This document shows, piece after piece, positions 15,399-23,756 of a stretch of 64,000 bases of DNA; the stretch's first letter is position 1, and every line of letters begins with the position of its first letter. This DNA comes from Pirellulales bacterium (lineage in GTDB: Bacteria > Planctomycetota > Planctomycetia > Pirellulales > Lacipirellulaceae), in the NCBI GenBank assembly GCA_050248495.1, contig JBFWSG010000004.1, positions 23,686-87,685 on the forward strand. Reading direction: 5' to 3'. The position numbers were made by a program, and so were the translations under genes. Below the pieces are notes generated by a model that was not told the origin of the DNA, ran no database searches, and saw nothing but the letters and a program-made list of their open reading frames with translations.

Positions 15399-16856
15399 CT
15401 ACTCCCACGCCTGCTTGATCTCCACCAGTTTCTCCCGCTCCGGCAGCTCCTTGTAGTGCGGGTCGAGCGGGTAGCACCCCGAGATCAGCCCGTTCCGCGG
15501 CGCCGTCGTGCAATCGCTGAACGTCCGACAAATCCGCTTGCGGCTCAGCGGCTTCCCCGCGAGCGTATCCGCCGGCAGCTCCGGATACGAAAGCACCATC
15601 CGCCCCAGCCCGACGAAATCGACCCAACCCTCGCGGACCACGGCCTGCCCCACGTTCGGCAAATACTCCTGCAGATACGAATACCCCGTCCCCACGAGCG
15701 GCAGCGACGGCACGCTCCGCTTCACGTCGCGCACCGCCTGAATCTGCCGGCACACGCCCACGAGCGGATCCTCCGGCGGTAGGTACCCATCGGTCGGCGG
15801 AAAGATCGCCGGCCGCTGCATGTGCGGATTGTAGTACGGGCTCCCGCACGTGAGATTCACCATCGCCACGCCATGCTGCATCAACATGCGGACGAGTTGC
15901 AGCGGTTCCGCCAAATCCATTTGCAGCGGATCGTCCGCCGACACGCCGAACCCAAACTGGTACGGCAACAGATTCTCAAAATCCATCGGCCGCCCCAGCT
16001 GCCGGCCGCTCGCAAATGGCACCGAGTCGAACACGCTCAGCCGCACGCCGACGATTAACTGCGGCAATTCCTCCCGAATCCGATCGATGATCGTGAGCAT
16101 CAGCCGCGCCCGCCCGGCCAGGTCGCCGCCAAACTTCCCCGGCCGCGTCCGCGCGCTCAAAAACTCGTGCAGCAAATACCCGTGGCAGGCCTTCACGTCG
16201 ACAAATGCAAAACCCACCTCCGCCGCCAGGTGAGCCGCCCGCACATAGTCGTCCGCAAGCACCTCCAGCTCGGCATCCGTGAACACCATCCGGTCGTCGC
16301 CGGGCGCGAGATGATACTTCTCGGCCAACAGCGGATGATGGTACGCAATCCGCGGCTCGAACTTCTTGTGATCGTTCGGCTTGCAGAACCGCCCGCTATG
16401 CGTCAGCTGCAGTCCCACCAAGAGCCCATCGAGCGTTCCGAACGACTCCCGATGCGCCGCCCGCAAGCCGTCGAGTAGCGCCGCGAGCCCCGCGCGATTG
16501 CTCTCCACTGCCAATGTCTGATTCGGATTCGCCCGCCCGTCCGGCCGCACGGCCGCCGCCTCGCCGCCCCAGATCAGCTTCGCCCCGCTGAGCCCGAAAT
16601 TCCGCCACCGCCGCAACGTGTGCTCACTCGGCGAACCGTCCGTGTTCGCGTCCCAGCCCTCCATCGCATGAATGCACCAGCGGTTCGCCACCTCAAACCC
16701 GGCAACCGAAATCGGCGCCGCCAGCGGCGACCCGGCTTCGCGGGAGAGCACCCGCTCATCCACCGGCAGCTCCAGCCCCAACTCCGCAAGCCGCGCGCGC
16801 AGCGCCCCCACGTCCCGCATCTGGGCCACCTTGGGATAACTCACCGCCTCAGCCAT
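15399..16856 (-). CDS. NADH:flavin oxidoreductase, Old Yellow Enzyme family
   Basis: CHGYLLHEFLS is the OYE active-site motif (HGAHGYL). The TIM-barrel length and layout fit, and a C-terminal Cys-containing extension is present. Confidence 0.85.
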   Translation of the reverse strand: MAEAVSYPKVAQMRDVGALRARLAELGLELPVDERVLSREAGSPLAAPISVAGFEVANRWCIHAMEGWDANTDGSPSEHTLRRWRNFGLSGAKLIWGGEAAAVRPDGRANPNQTLAVESNRAGLAALLDGLRAAHRESFGTLDGLLVGLQLTHSGRFCKPNDHKKFEPRIAYHHPLLAEKYHLAPGDDRMVFTDAELEVLADDYVRAAHLAAEVGFAFVDVKACHGYLLHEFLSARTRPGKFGGDLAGRARLMLTIIDRIREELPQLIVGVRLSVFDSVPFASGRQLGRPMDFENLLPYQFGFGVSADDPLQMDLAEPLQLVRMLMQHGVAMVNLTCGSPYYNPHMQRPAIFPPTDGYLPPEDPLVGVCRQIQAVRDVKRSVPSLPLVGTGYSYLQEYLPNVGQAVVREGWVDFVGLGRMVLSYPELPADTLAGKPLSRKRICRTFSDCTTAPRNGLISGCYPLDPHYKELPEREKLVEIKQAWE

Positions 16857-16961
16857 AGCGCCAACTTTCTCGCAGATTCATCAACGGGTGCCGCCGCCAA
16901 ACTCTACATTCTAAACCCCCGCCGAATCTTCCACTAACCCACGATTCCAGCCACCCAACGG

Positions 16962-16977
16962 ACTGGTCGCTTCAGCG
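16962..16977. repeat. variant copy of the GCTTCAGC-loop hairpin element (GGTCGC-TTCA-GCGACC)
   Basis: It belongs to the same family as 17039, 18013 and 18249. Confidence 0.5.
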
Positions 16978-17038
16978 ACCAATAACACCCGCCACACTTC
17001 AATCGTCCACACCCGCTATACTACCCCCACCACCCCAG

Positions 17039-17060
17039 GCGAGCTCGCTTCAGCGAGCGT
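17039..17060. repeat. hairpin repeat element GGCGAGCTCGC-TTCA-GCGAGCG (copy 1)
   Basis: The element occurs as three near-identical copies (17039, 18013, 18249). Each has a GCTCGC/GCGAGC stem with a TTCA loop. Confidence 0.7.
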
Positions 17061-17064
17061 GTAG

Positions 17065-17166
17065 CTCCACCCTCAACCCTCCACCCTCAACCCTCCACCC
17101 TCAACCCTCCACCCTCAACCCTCCACCCTCAACCCTCCACCCTCCACCCTCCACCCTCCACTCCAC
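17065..17166. repeat. C-rich tandem minisatellite: (CTCCACCCTCAACC)x5 then (CTCCACC)x3
   Basis: It lies directly upstream (within 5 nt) of the ATG at 17171. Confidence 0.8.
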
Positions 17167-17170
17167 ACTT

Positions 17171-18013
17171 ATGCACATCCCCTCGCACTGGACCCGCGGC
17201 ACCGCCACCATTCGCCTGCCCGATGGCCGCGAGTTCCCGCTCACCGTCTGGGGCTGGGCCAACGACAAAGCCGCCGCCCAACGAATTGCCGCCGAGCGCC
17301 TGCAGCGTGTCCAGGATCGGTTCCGCTCTGGCGACTGGCCCGATTGGTACGCCTACGGGTCGCGCCCGCTCCGCGAGGAAATCCTGCAAACCTTCCACGC
17401 CGACGGCGCCGCCGAACCCGTCGCCATCGTGACCCGCAACGGCTACGGCACCCAAGTCCTCAACACATCCTCCCTGCTCTTTCTCGACATCGACCGGCCG
17501 CTGCCCACCTTGCGACAGCGCCTCCCGCGTTGGCTCGGCGGCAAACCCGCCCCCACCGGCGAAGAAATCCTCTTCAGGCTCCGCCGCGCGCTCGAAGCGC
17601 ACGCGCCCACGACATTCCGCATCTACCAAACCGCCTGGGGCTGGCGCGTTGCCGCGGTCGACCGTGAATTCAATCCCACCAGCGACTCGACCCAATCGCT
17701 CATGCGCGCGACCGACACCGATCCGTACTACATGCGCCTCTGTCAGGTGCAGCAAAGCTTTCGCGCCCGATTGACCCCCAAACCGTGGCGCTGCCACGTC
17801 GCCCCGCCAACGTCCCAATATCCCCGCACGGACGAACAGGCCCAGCGCCAATTCGCCGCCTGGCTACGTGACTACGAGCAAAAAACAACCGGCCACGCCA
17901 CCTGCCGCTACCTCGAAACGGTCGGCACGAGCAAACCGAATTCAACCCTCGCGTCACTCCTGGAACTCCACGACACCGTCACCCGCAGCCACGAACCACT
18001 CCCGCTGGCCTAG
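17171..18013 (+). CDS. hypothetical protein (possibly a 5' portion of a longer gene interrupted at 18011)
   Basis: The 280-aa ORF has good GC3 bias. It ends at a TAG formed at the junction with hairpin repeat copy 2. Confidence 0.65.
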   Translation: MHIPSHWTRGTATIRLPDGREFPLTVWGWANDKAAAQRIAAERLQRVQDRFRSGDWPDWYAYGSRPLREEILQTFHADGAAEPVAIVTRNGYGTQVLNTSSLLFLDIDRPLPTLRQRLPRWLGGKPAPTGEEILFRLRRALEAHAPTTFRIYQTAWGWRVAAVDREFNPTSDSTQSLMRATDTDPYYMRLCQVQQSFRARLTPKPWRCHVAPPTSQYPRTDEQAQRQFAAWLRDYEQKTTGHATCRYLETVGTSKPNSTLASLLELHDTVTRSHEPLPLA

Positions 18014-18038
18014 GCGAGCTCGCTTCAGCGAGCGGGCG
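18013..18038. repeat. hairpin repeat element copy 2 (GGCGAGCTCGCTTCAGCGAGCGGGCG)
   Basis: It starts within the stop codon of 17171..18013. Confidence 0.7.
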
Positions 18039-18245
18039 ACTCAGCATCTGACACCCGCCACCTTCCGCACCTGCCGCCTCGAGTACGTGAAGCAAGCCCG
18101 CAACCCGCTCACGACCTCCCAGTCCCACCGTCTGCAACAACTCGACTACCGCCTGCAACTCGTGGCCGAAGGCCAAGCCTCCGCCGCGACAATCCGCAAC
18201 GAAGCCCTCGATACCCTCGACGCCTTCAATTGGTCCCTGCCCTAA
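18039..18245 (+). other. coding-like ORF segment without an ATG; it may be the displaced C-terminus of the 17171 gene or a small GTG-initiated gene
   Basis: Frame 0 is open from 18012 to the TAA at 18243-18245 with strong GC3 bias (TQHLTPATFRTCRLEYVKQARNPLTTSQSHRLQQLDYRLQLVAEGQASAATIRNEALDTLDAFNWSLP). Deleting 22 nt of the hairpin element (18012-18033) joins it in frame to the upstream gene. Confidence 0.4.
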
Positions 18246-18248
18246 TGC

Positions 18249-18274
18249 GGCGAGCTCGCTTCAGCGAGCGGGCG
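18249..18274. repeat. hairpin repeat element copy 3
   Basis: It is identical to copy 2 and lies 3 nt after the TAA at 18245. Confidence 0.7.
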
Positions 18275-18753
18275 TCCTGCCCCAAGACTTCGCCACGCTC
18301 GGATCACTCTTCGTCGCCAACCCCAACCACGCCCTGCGCTCGCCGCCATAGGCCGTTCGCACCATCAGGATTTGCGCCTCGACGATCGCTGGCGCCACGT
18401 AAGCACAATGCGCCAGCACAATCTCACGCAGCACGACTCGAACCAATCGCTGGCGAAACCGTCTCACGACTTCCATCGCATCTCTTCCAAAAAGGGTTCC
18501 AGCATGCAGGGGAAATACGCCACATCGCCTCAAGAGTTTCCCAGCCCCGTTCACAGCTCCTGTCCCTCATCCCAGGCCCGGGATTGTAGCCGGGCTTTAT
18601 GTCCACCAACTCCATACAATTCCGGGGAGGTCGAACGATAGTCGCAAATGCTGGCGTGCTTCCGTCAGGTGCTTGCTTCCATCGACCAGGGCCCGATAAT
18701 CTGCGCTCACAATCAATCGCCTCCTCCAGTTACTCCTCCTTCCGAGCGCGAAC

Positions 18754-19644
18754 GTGGGACGTCTTACATTTCTGGTGGTCTTCACGAGCAATGCATTGTT
18801 GCTGCCCACGGCCTGTTTTTCAGCCGTCTCGAAAATTGACTCACCGTCACAAATCGAAAGCGGCACCACGATTTCGTTCGACGGCATCCCGGATTTGACG
18901 GTTCTAAATACCTTGTATCAGAACCAAGGTGTCACGTTCACACGCGATGACGCGGGGCCAATCTTCGCATTTGACGTTGTCGCGATCGGTCGCATAACCA
19001 CGTCGCCGCGAAACGTCCTCGCGACGATTCAGGCCGGAAGTGCCTCTGGCCCGACCACCCATCTCAACGTGCTGACGACGGCGCCGGCCCAAGCGATCGG
19101 AGCCTACTTTGGCAATGATCAGAACAATCCCGACTTCAAGTCGATTCGCCTTTCGGCATACGGGCTCGCTGGCGAATTGCTGGGATCCGTCGAGTCCGCC
19201 GCAAACAACAACATCCACGTCGACCAGTTCATTGGACTACGGAGCGACTCGCCAATCGGCAGAGTCCGCTTCCAGAATTTGAATGCGACCGGGGGATTGG
19301 CGGGCGGCTACTCAGTGGTCATCGATGACCTGGTGTTCTCCTCCGCGGCGCCAAATGTCCCTGGCGATTTCAACGCCGATCAATTCGTGGACGCCGCGGA
19401 TTACACGACTTGGCGCGACCACCTGGGCACCAGCTTTAACCTCAACGGCAACGGGAGTGAAGAGGGCGCGAGCGCGGGCGTGGTCGACCTGGCCGACTAC
19501 GCCTTGTGGACGCAACATTTCGCGCAGCCTGGCAGTGCCAGTCACGGCAGCATTGTGCCCGAGCCCATCGCCGTGTTGACAATGTCGACGGCTTGTTGCT
19601 TCGTATGCTCAGTGCGCCGGCGCCAAATCAACCACATGAGGTAG
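18754..19644 (+). CDS. PEP-CTERM-anchored secreted protein with dockerin-like Ca-binding repeats
   Basis: It has a signal peptide and two dockerin-type segments (GDFNADQFVDAADYTTWRDHLG and VVDLADYALWTQHF). The C-terminus VPEPIAVLTMSTACCFVCSVRRRQ is a PEP motif plus a transmembrane helix and an Arg cluster, i.e. an exosortase sorting signal. Confidence 0.7.
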   Translation: MGRLTFLVVFTSNALLLPTACFSAVSKIDSPSQIESGTTISFDGIPDLTVLNTLYQNQGVTFTRDDAGPIFAFDVVAIGRITTSPRNVLATIQAGSASGPTTHLNVLTTAPAQAIGAYFGNDQNNPDFKSIRLSAYGLAGELLGSVESAANNNIHVDQFIGLRSDSPIGRVRFQNLNATGGLAGGYSVVIDDLVFSSAAPNVPGDFNADQFVDAADYTTWRDHLGTSFNLNGNGSEEGASAGVVDLADYALWTQHFAQPGSASHGSIVPEPIAVLTMSTACCFVCSVRRRQINHMR

Positions 19645-19848
19645 ACGAAGCGCAGCCGCTAACAGCGGAGGGGGAGAATCGAACTCGACCGGCGCAGGGG
19701 CCGATCCGGGCTGGGCTCATAAGGCTCGTTGCATCACCAGACGCGGGCCGCTCTCCTAGGCTGGGAGTCATAAGCACCAAAAAGCATCCACCAGATGAGA
19801 AACAGAGACATAGGGGAATAGCGACAAACCTGCTCTACCTGAGGTTGG

Positions 19849-20097
19849 CTATTCGTGGCTAAAGAACTCTTTGTCAGAAACGTTGTCTTTTTTGGACAAC
19901 TTAAACTTCTTGCGGACGCCAGCCACGTAACAATCTAGGATCTCGTCCTCTTTCTTCTGCTTGGGAATCGGATACGAGAAGATATTCCCGTTGATGTTCC
20001 GCTTGAACATCGTGTGGCTGCCCTTGCCGCGCGCGGTCTCTTCCCAGCAATCATAGTGCGATAGAATGCGGCGGAGCTTTCTTAGCGAATACGGCAC
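19849..20097 (-). CDS. hicA: HicA-like mRNA interferase toxin
   Basis: LRKLRRILSHYDCWEETARGKGSHTMFKR..YPIPKQKK matches the HicA consensus (GW....KGSH..F.....P.HKK). It has an approximately 30-aa C-terminal extension. Confidence 0.6.
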   Translation of the reverse strand: MPYSLRKLRRILSHYDCWEETARGKGSHTMFKRNINGNIFSYPIPKQKKEDEILDCYVAGVRKKFKLSKKDNVSDKEFFSHE

Positions 20098-20106
20098 GCG
20101 GACATT

Positions 20107-20529
20107 TTACACCGCGCACGTACTTCCACCAGCGTATTCCCGATACTGGCATTCCTCGATCTCGAACGAATCGATATGCCGTGGAGCGCTAACTTCCTTG
20201 AGCTGCAATTCGCCAATGGCGATGTTCTTCCCGGCGGCAAACATCTCAAAAAACTTGCCGTCAGCCGGGCTGAAAAGATTGGCCGGATTATCGTGCTCGA
20301 TTGAAGCCTCGATTTGAAGAGCGATTGCATCGCCCAATTGATCCAGCGCTTCCTCGCGGGTATCCCCGTCACCCATCAAATCGAATTCAAGGCAATGCGC
20401 AACCCAAGCGTTCCCTTCCTTGTAGAAGACGATGCGGATCGGCAATCGCATTGACTCTGCCATGAACTTCCTTACACGCGGCGCAACAAAACGGCCCGAC
20501 CTGAACGGCTGGGCCATGATCGTTTCCAT
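20107..20529 (-). CDS. hicB: HicB-like antitoxin (UPF0150/HicB N-terminal domain)
   Basis: PIRIVFYKEGNAWVAHCLEFDLMGDGDTREEALDQLGDAI is HicB-like. The start is likely METIMAQ at 20529, with an AGGAAA Shine-Dalgarno; the track start is 20568. Confidence 0.55.
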   Translation of the reverse strand: METIMAQPFRSGRFVAPRVRKFMAESMRLPIRIVFYKEGNAWVAHCLEFDLMGDGDTREEALDQLGDAIALQIEASIEHDNPANLFSPADGKFFEMFAAGKNIAIGELQLKEVSAPRHIDSFEIEECQYREYAGGSTCAV

Positions 20530-20686
20530 CTTTCCTGGTTTGACATCCCGATCATCCTGACAGTCCATTTAATCGGGTCGCTAATGCAACTATATCCAAC
20601 CAAACGGCCGAAAGCAAAAGACTGGTCATGCCCCCCAGAAGTGCCGTCAAATTGATGAAAACACCGAGAAATACGCGGCCGGCGCC

Positions 20687-20726
20687 CGCGCGGATAGCTT
20701 TCAAAGCTTTGAAAGCTATCCGCGCG
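20687..20726. promoter_or_regulatory. 40-bp perfect palindrome CGCGCGGATAGCTTTC-AAAGCTTT-GAAAGCTATCCGCGCG
   Basis: Two 16-nt arms around a palindromic 8-nt core were verified by eye. It lies about 160 bp upstream of hicB and about 340 bp upstream of the HNH gene. Confidence 0.75.
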
Positions 20727-21062
20727 CACACGATCTGTCAACGGATGGCGGGTGCCAGAGGTCAAAATGAGGGCGCCAACTCCGTTGTAAATCACGAGCT
20801 CGGCCGCTATGATGACGCCCGTAGAACGAAACGCTGGCCTCTGGGGTGTTGCACTCGCCACCCCAGGGGCCAACTTCGTTTTTCGACATTGACGAAAATG
20901 CGATAGCACTGTTAGACTGTTCACGTTGTAGGAGTCCTGTCCGAACGGATTCGAGCGTTTCGTTCTACAAGCCTCTCGCTCAGCCGCCTCTGGCTCGCAC
21001 TCCTGGTATTTGTTTCCGCGCACCCGGTGCGCGCTGACATCCTTTTTAAAGGAGTGCATGTC

Positions 21063-21359
21063 ATGTATTGCAATTGGACGCATGAGGAACGGTCTGCTGT
21101 GTGGTTCAAGGGTCGCGCTGTCCCCGGCGTCGATGGCGACAAGTGGCGTCTCGACGTTTGCGGAGCTTGGATCGGCTGGCAGTTCTACGGCAACCGCAAC
21201 TCGCAGTATGGATGGGAAGTGGACCACATTGATCCACGCGGCGGCGACGGGCTTCACAATCTTCAGCCGCTCCAATGGGAAAACAACGTAGCCAAAGGCG
21301 ACGGACACTTGGCATGCGTTGTTACGGCATCGGGCGTGGAGAACGTTGCCGTTCGTTAG
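21063..21359 (+). CDS. HNH endonuclease, small stand-alone
   Basis: An AAAGGAG Shine-Dalgarno lies 7 nt upstream of the ATG at 21063. The HNH motif is YGWEVDHIDPRGGDGLHNLQPLQWENNVAKGD. Confidence 0.7.
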   Translation: MYCNWTHEERSAVWFKGRAVPGVDGDKWRLDVCGAWIGWQFYGNRNSQYGWEVDHIDPRGGDGLHNLQPLQWENNVAKGDGHLACVVTASGVENVAVR

Positions 21360-21567
21360 TCCTTTCCCGCGTTCCCTCCGGATGACAGAGCGCGCTCGTG
21401 GCTAGATCGAAGTCCGCGCGCACAAACACTCTGTCGTCCTCTGGGACGGCATCCATAATCCGGCGGATGCACTCACAGAGTGCGTCCGCCTCTTCGTTTC
21501 CAAGGGTCAACGGGTAGTCCTGCTGCCGAACGCTTTCAAGCAGCAATCGGATTGTCGCGTTATTCAA
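21322..21567 (-). CDS. hypothetical small protein (81 aa)
   Basis: An AAGGAG Shine-Dalgarno lies 4 nt upstream of the ATG. It converges on, and overlaps, the 3' end of the HNH gene. Confidence 0.4.
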   Translation of the reverse strand: MNNATIRLLLESVRQQDYPLTLGNEEADALCECIRRIMDAVPEDDRVFVRADFDLATSALCHPEGTRERTNERQRSPRPMP

Positions 21568-21727
21568 TGGTGCTCCTTAGCCATCCAGCGCGGTCGCCCG
21601 GAATGCCAGGCGAAGGGGGCGGGATGGTCGCAGGGCCGCAGAATCGCGGCAAGACCGCAGAGACGCACTCGGCGTGCCGGCGGCGACATTGTGGTAAGCT
21701 GGGCGAAATTCCGCCGGGGGTCCGACT

Positions 21728-21782
21728 CGCACACTTACATCCAGCACCACCTCGCTTTGGGTGGTGCTGGATTAAGTGTGCG
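21728..21782. terminator. long hairpin with a 23-bp stem and one bulge, directly downstream of the 21788..22432 gene
   Basis: cgcacacttaCatccagcaccacc-tcgctttg-ggtggtgctggattaagtgtgcg. Its left arm is part of a 39-bp direct repeat shared with 25788-25825. Confidence 0.55.
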
Positions 21783-21787
21783 GGGAT

Positions 21788-22432
21788 TTACGCGTGCCGA
21801 TAGCGTAGGTCGGGTATTCGGACGCCATAGCCAGCGCAGACATCGCACTCAGCTTCTATGCGCCCGAACTTATGGCCAGTGCCCTTGCATATCTGGCATT
21901 TGGGATAGTGGGACAATTCACCGGGAAGCTCGCCGGTGCCACCACACTTGCTGCAAATAGCTTCTATGCGATTCCATTTCAGACCAGAGCCTTTACACAG
22001 AGGGCATCTCATGGGCGGAATCGAATCTGCCGGATCGTTGCTTCCCGTTTTGCCTTCACGCACCATTCTTCGGTGAAGCATGAAATCGGCGATGGTTGCT
22101 GGTGTAAATCGCGGGATTTTAGGGAGGGCGGTAGACTTCACTACTGTGGTAATGGTCGCTGGCGATGGCGAAGCTGTAACTCCGTGAAATGTTTCCAGAA
22201 GTCCCCGCAATTTCGGAAGATTGACAACGACAATGATCGTCAGCCCAAGTAGGCAAAGTCCGGTTCGTACGATGTCATGGCTAAGAATCGTTGCGACAGC
22301 GTTGAACGCCATCCCCCAATTCCGGATGTCATCCGGCAGGCCACCCAAGCCAATAATACCAATTACAGTACCTAGCACGTTCCCTACTCGGCGCACGTTG
22401 CGCCACGGTGGTACGTTCCAATCGACAGCCAT
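21788..22432 (-). CDS. membrane protein (2 predicted transmembrane helices) with four DnaJ-type CXXCXGXG zinc-finger repeats
   Basis: The repeats are CPLCKGSG, CSKCGGTG, CQICKGTG and CDVCAGYG in the C-terminal 80 aa. The transmembrane helices are VLGTVIGIIGLGGL and LCLLGLTIIVVVNL. GC is about 52%. Confidence 0.6.
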   Translation of the reverse strand: MAVDWNVPPWRNVRRVGNVLGTVIGIIGLGGLPDDIRNWGMAFNAVATILSHDIVRTGLCLLGLTIIVVVNLPKLRGLLETFHGVTASPSPATITTVVKSTALPKIPRFTPATIADFMLHRRMVREGKTGSNDPADSIPPMRCPLCKGSGLKWNRIEAICSKCGGTGELPGELSHYPKCQICKGTGHKFGRIEAECDVCAGYGVRIPDLRYRHA

Positions 22433-22518
22433 GCCATGCTCCTACGACTTGACGCGCGCAGCCGTAGGCCATACCATGCAATCACCTAGATTGTGCATGG
22501 CCTACGTGGTCATTCAAA

Positions 22519-22551
22519 AGCTGACGGCTCCACCCGTCAGCTTTTTTGTTG
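22519..22551. terminator. hairpin plus T-run (agctgacgg-ctccac-ccgtcagct-ttttttg)
   Basis: The 9-bp stem lies between the zinc-finger membrane gene and the transposase. It is palindromic and could function on either strand. Confidence 0.45.
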
Positions 22552-22601
22552 CGTGAATTATATCGACTCTCTGCACAAAGCTACAGTGGCGGGGGCACCA
22601 C

Positions 22602-23561
22602 CTAGTCCGCCATCACATTCTCAATCATTTCTCGCACCGACCACACCTTTGTTGCAACGCCGTGGGCAACGGCCGGCGTCAGCCCTTTCAATGTCTTGTG
22701 TTGACGGCAATAGTTGTAATGACAGAAGTACACGGCCAGCGCGGCACGGTGGTTGTTCCACTTCTTTGAGAAGCAGTAGGTCAAGCGGCCCATGCGCTTC
22801 ATGTGGGTGCGGATGCTGCCGTTCATTCGCTCAACGTGCGAGGTGCATATCTGATCTTGTTGGAATGGCGTGCCGTGCATCGGGGTCCGGCTGGCCCCTA
22901 TTATCCGAGCCGGTGAGTACCGGCGCTGGTCCTCGTAGACATTGACGCCGTATATCTTTTGCATCACGCCGTGGTCGACGCGGTGTCCAAGCTGCTTTTT
23001 GATTTCGCTTGGATAGCTCCGCCAGCCGTCGCTACTAACGTGGAAGTGACCGAACGTGGCCCGGTCCAGTTTGGCGATGAACTGCTCGGTGTGCTGCTGG
23101 CTGCGGCGGCCCATGTGCCAAGTAATGAGCAGCTTTGATTGGCGGTCGATGGCGGTGTAGCAATAGCTGTCGCCGCAGCCGCCAACCATCTTCTGCGCTT
23201 TTGTGGTCGCGTTTTTTGCTAAAATAAATTGCCAAATTTCGTCCACCTGGGTGTCGCTGACAAACACGTCCTTAATGTGTTCGGCCATGTACTTTTCGCA
23301 GTGCTCGCCGAGCATCGTGAGCAGCGAGAGGATCGTCATTAAGTCGGTGCCGGTGAAGCGGGCGGTGGCGCGAACATTCATGCCCTCGCACAGCAGCTCG
23401 ACGATCTTGGCGGCTTGCTCAACGCCGATCCGCATGCCGCCCAGCATGGCGGTGGATTCGGTCCAGGACGCGCCGCAGCTCTTGCAGCGGTAGCGGGTGG
23501 CCCCGGCCTTAGTTTTCCCATTCGTGCGGCGGTTCTCATGCTGACAGACGGCGGCAATCAT
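22602..23561 (-). CDS. DDE transposase, IS1595-family-like
   Basis: An N-terminal zinc ribbon (RYRCKSCGASWTE) is followed by a DDE-like core (DEIW..., AIDR, SDGWRSY). The C-terminal motif is YFCHYNYCRQHKTLKGLTPAVAHG. Confidence 0.75.
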   Translation of the reverse strand: MIAAVCQHENRRTNGKTKAGATRYRCKSCGASWTESTAMLGGMRIGVEQAAKIVELLCEGMNVRATARFTGTDLMTILSLLTMLGEHCEKYMAEHIKDVFVSDTQVDEIWQFILAKNATTKAQKMVGGCGDSYCYTAIDRQSKLLITWHMGRRSQQHTEQFIAKLDRATFGHFHVSSDGWRSYPSEIKKQLGHRVDHGVMQKIYGVNVYEDQRRYSPARIIGASRTPMHGTPFQQDQICTSHVERMNGSIRTHMKRMGRLTYCFSKKWNNHRAALAVYFCHYNYCRQHKTLKGLTPAVAHGVATKVWSVREMIENVMAD

Positions 23562-23756
23562 TGCGAAACTTCCCCGTTCTTAGGGCCTTCGCTATGATTC
23601 AGTTCTCTAGGCTGGAATCTGGCGAAAGCCGGTTCTAGTTGCCCCCGGTCGCGTGCCAACGCTTCCGGGGGTTTACTTTTGCCTACATTTATTCTACCCA
23701 TAATTAATCGGCATTGCAAGGGTTGACGCAAGATTATTTATGGGTATATTTATGGC

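Noticed and set aside
17040-17170. Considered whether tandem or hairpin repeats anywhere in the window form a CRISPR array
   Set aside because: The repeats are contiguous (no unique spacers), or are 3 copies separated by genes. No cas genes are present, so this is not CRISPR.
18230-18640. ORFs 18230..18589 (+) and 18261..18554 (-) between hairpin copy 3 and the PEP-CTERM gene
   Set aside because: They start inside the repeat element and are Pro/Arg/Ser low complexity. No support.
19660-19760. tRNA-like motif (GGTCGAGTTCGATTCTCC on the minus strand) at the island's left edge; tried to fold it as a tRNA or tRNA 3' remnant marking an att site
   Set aside because: A T-loop-like TTCGATT is present, but no 5-bp T-stem, acceptor stem or D/anticodon arms could be paired by hand in either orientation. 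It is not reported as a tRNA. tRNAscan or ARAGORN could still be run.
20472-21308. 278-aa minus-strand ORF spanning the hicB upstream region and the HNH gene
   Set aside because: It overlaps both the hicB 5' end and the HNH gene, which has a Shine-Dalgarno and a clear HNH motif. Its composition is junk-like.
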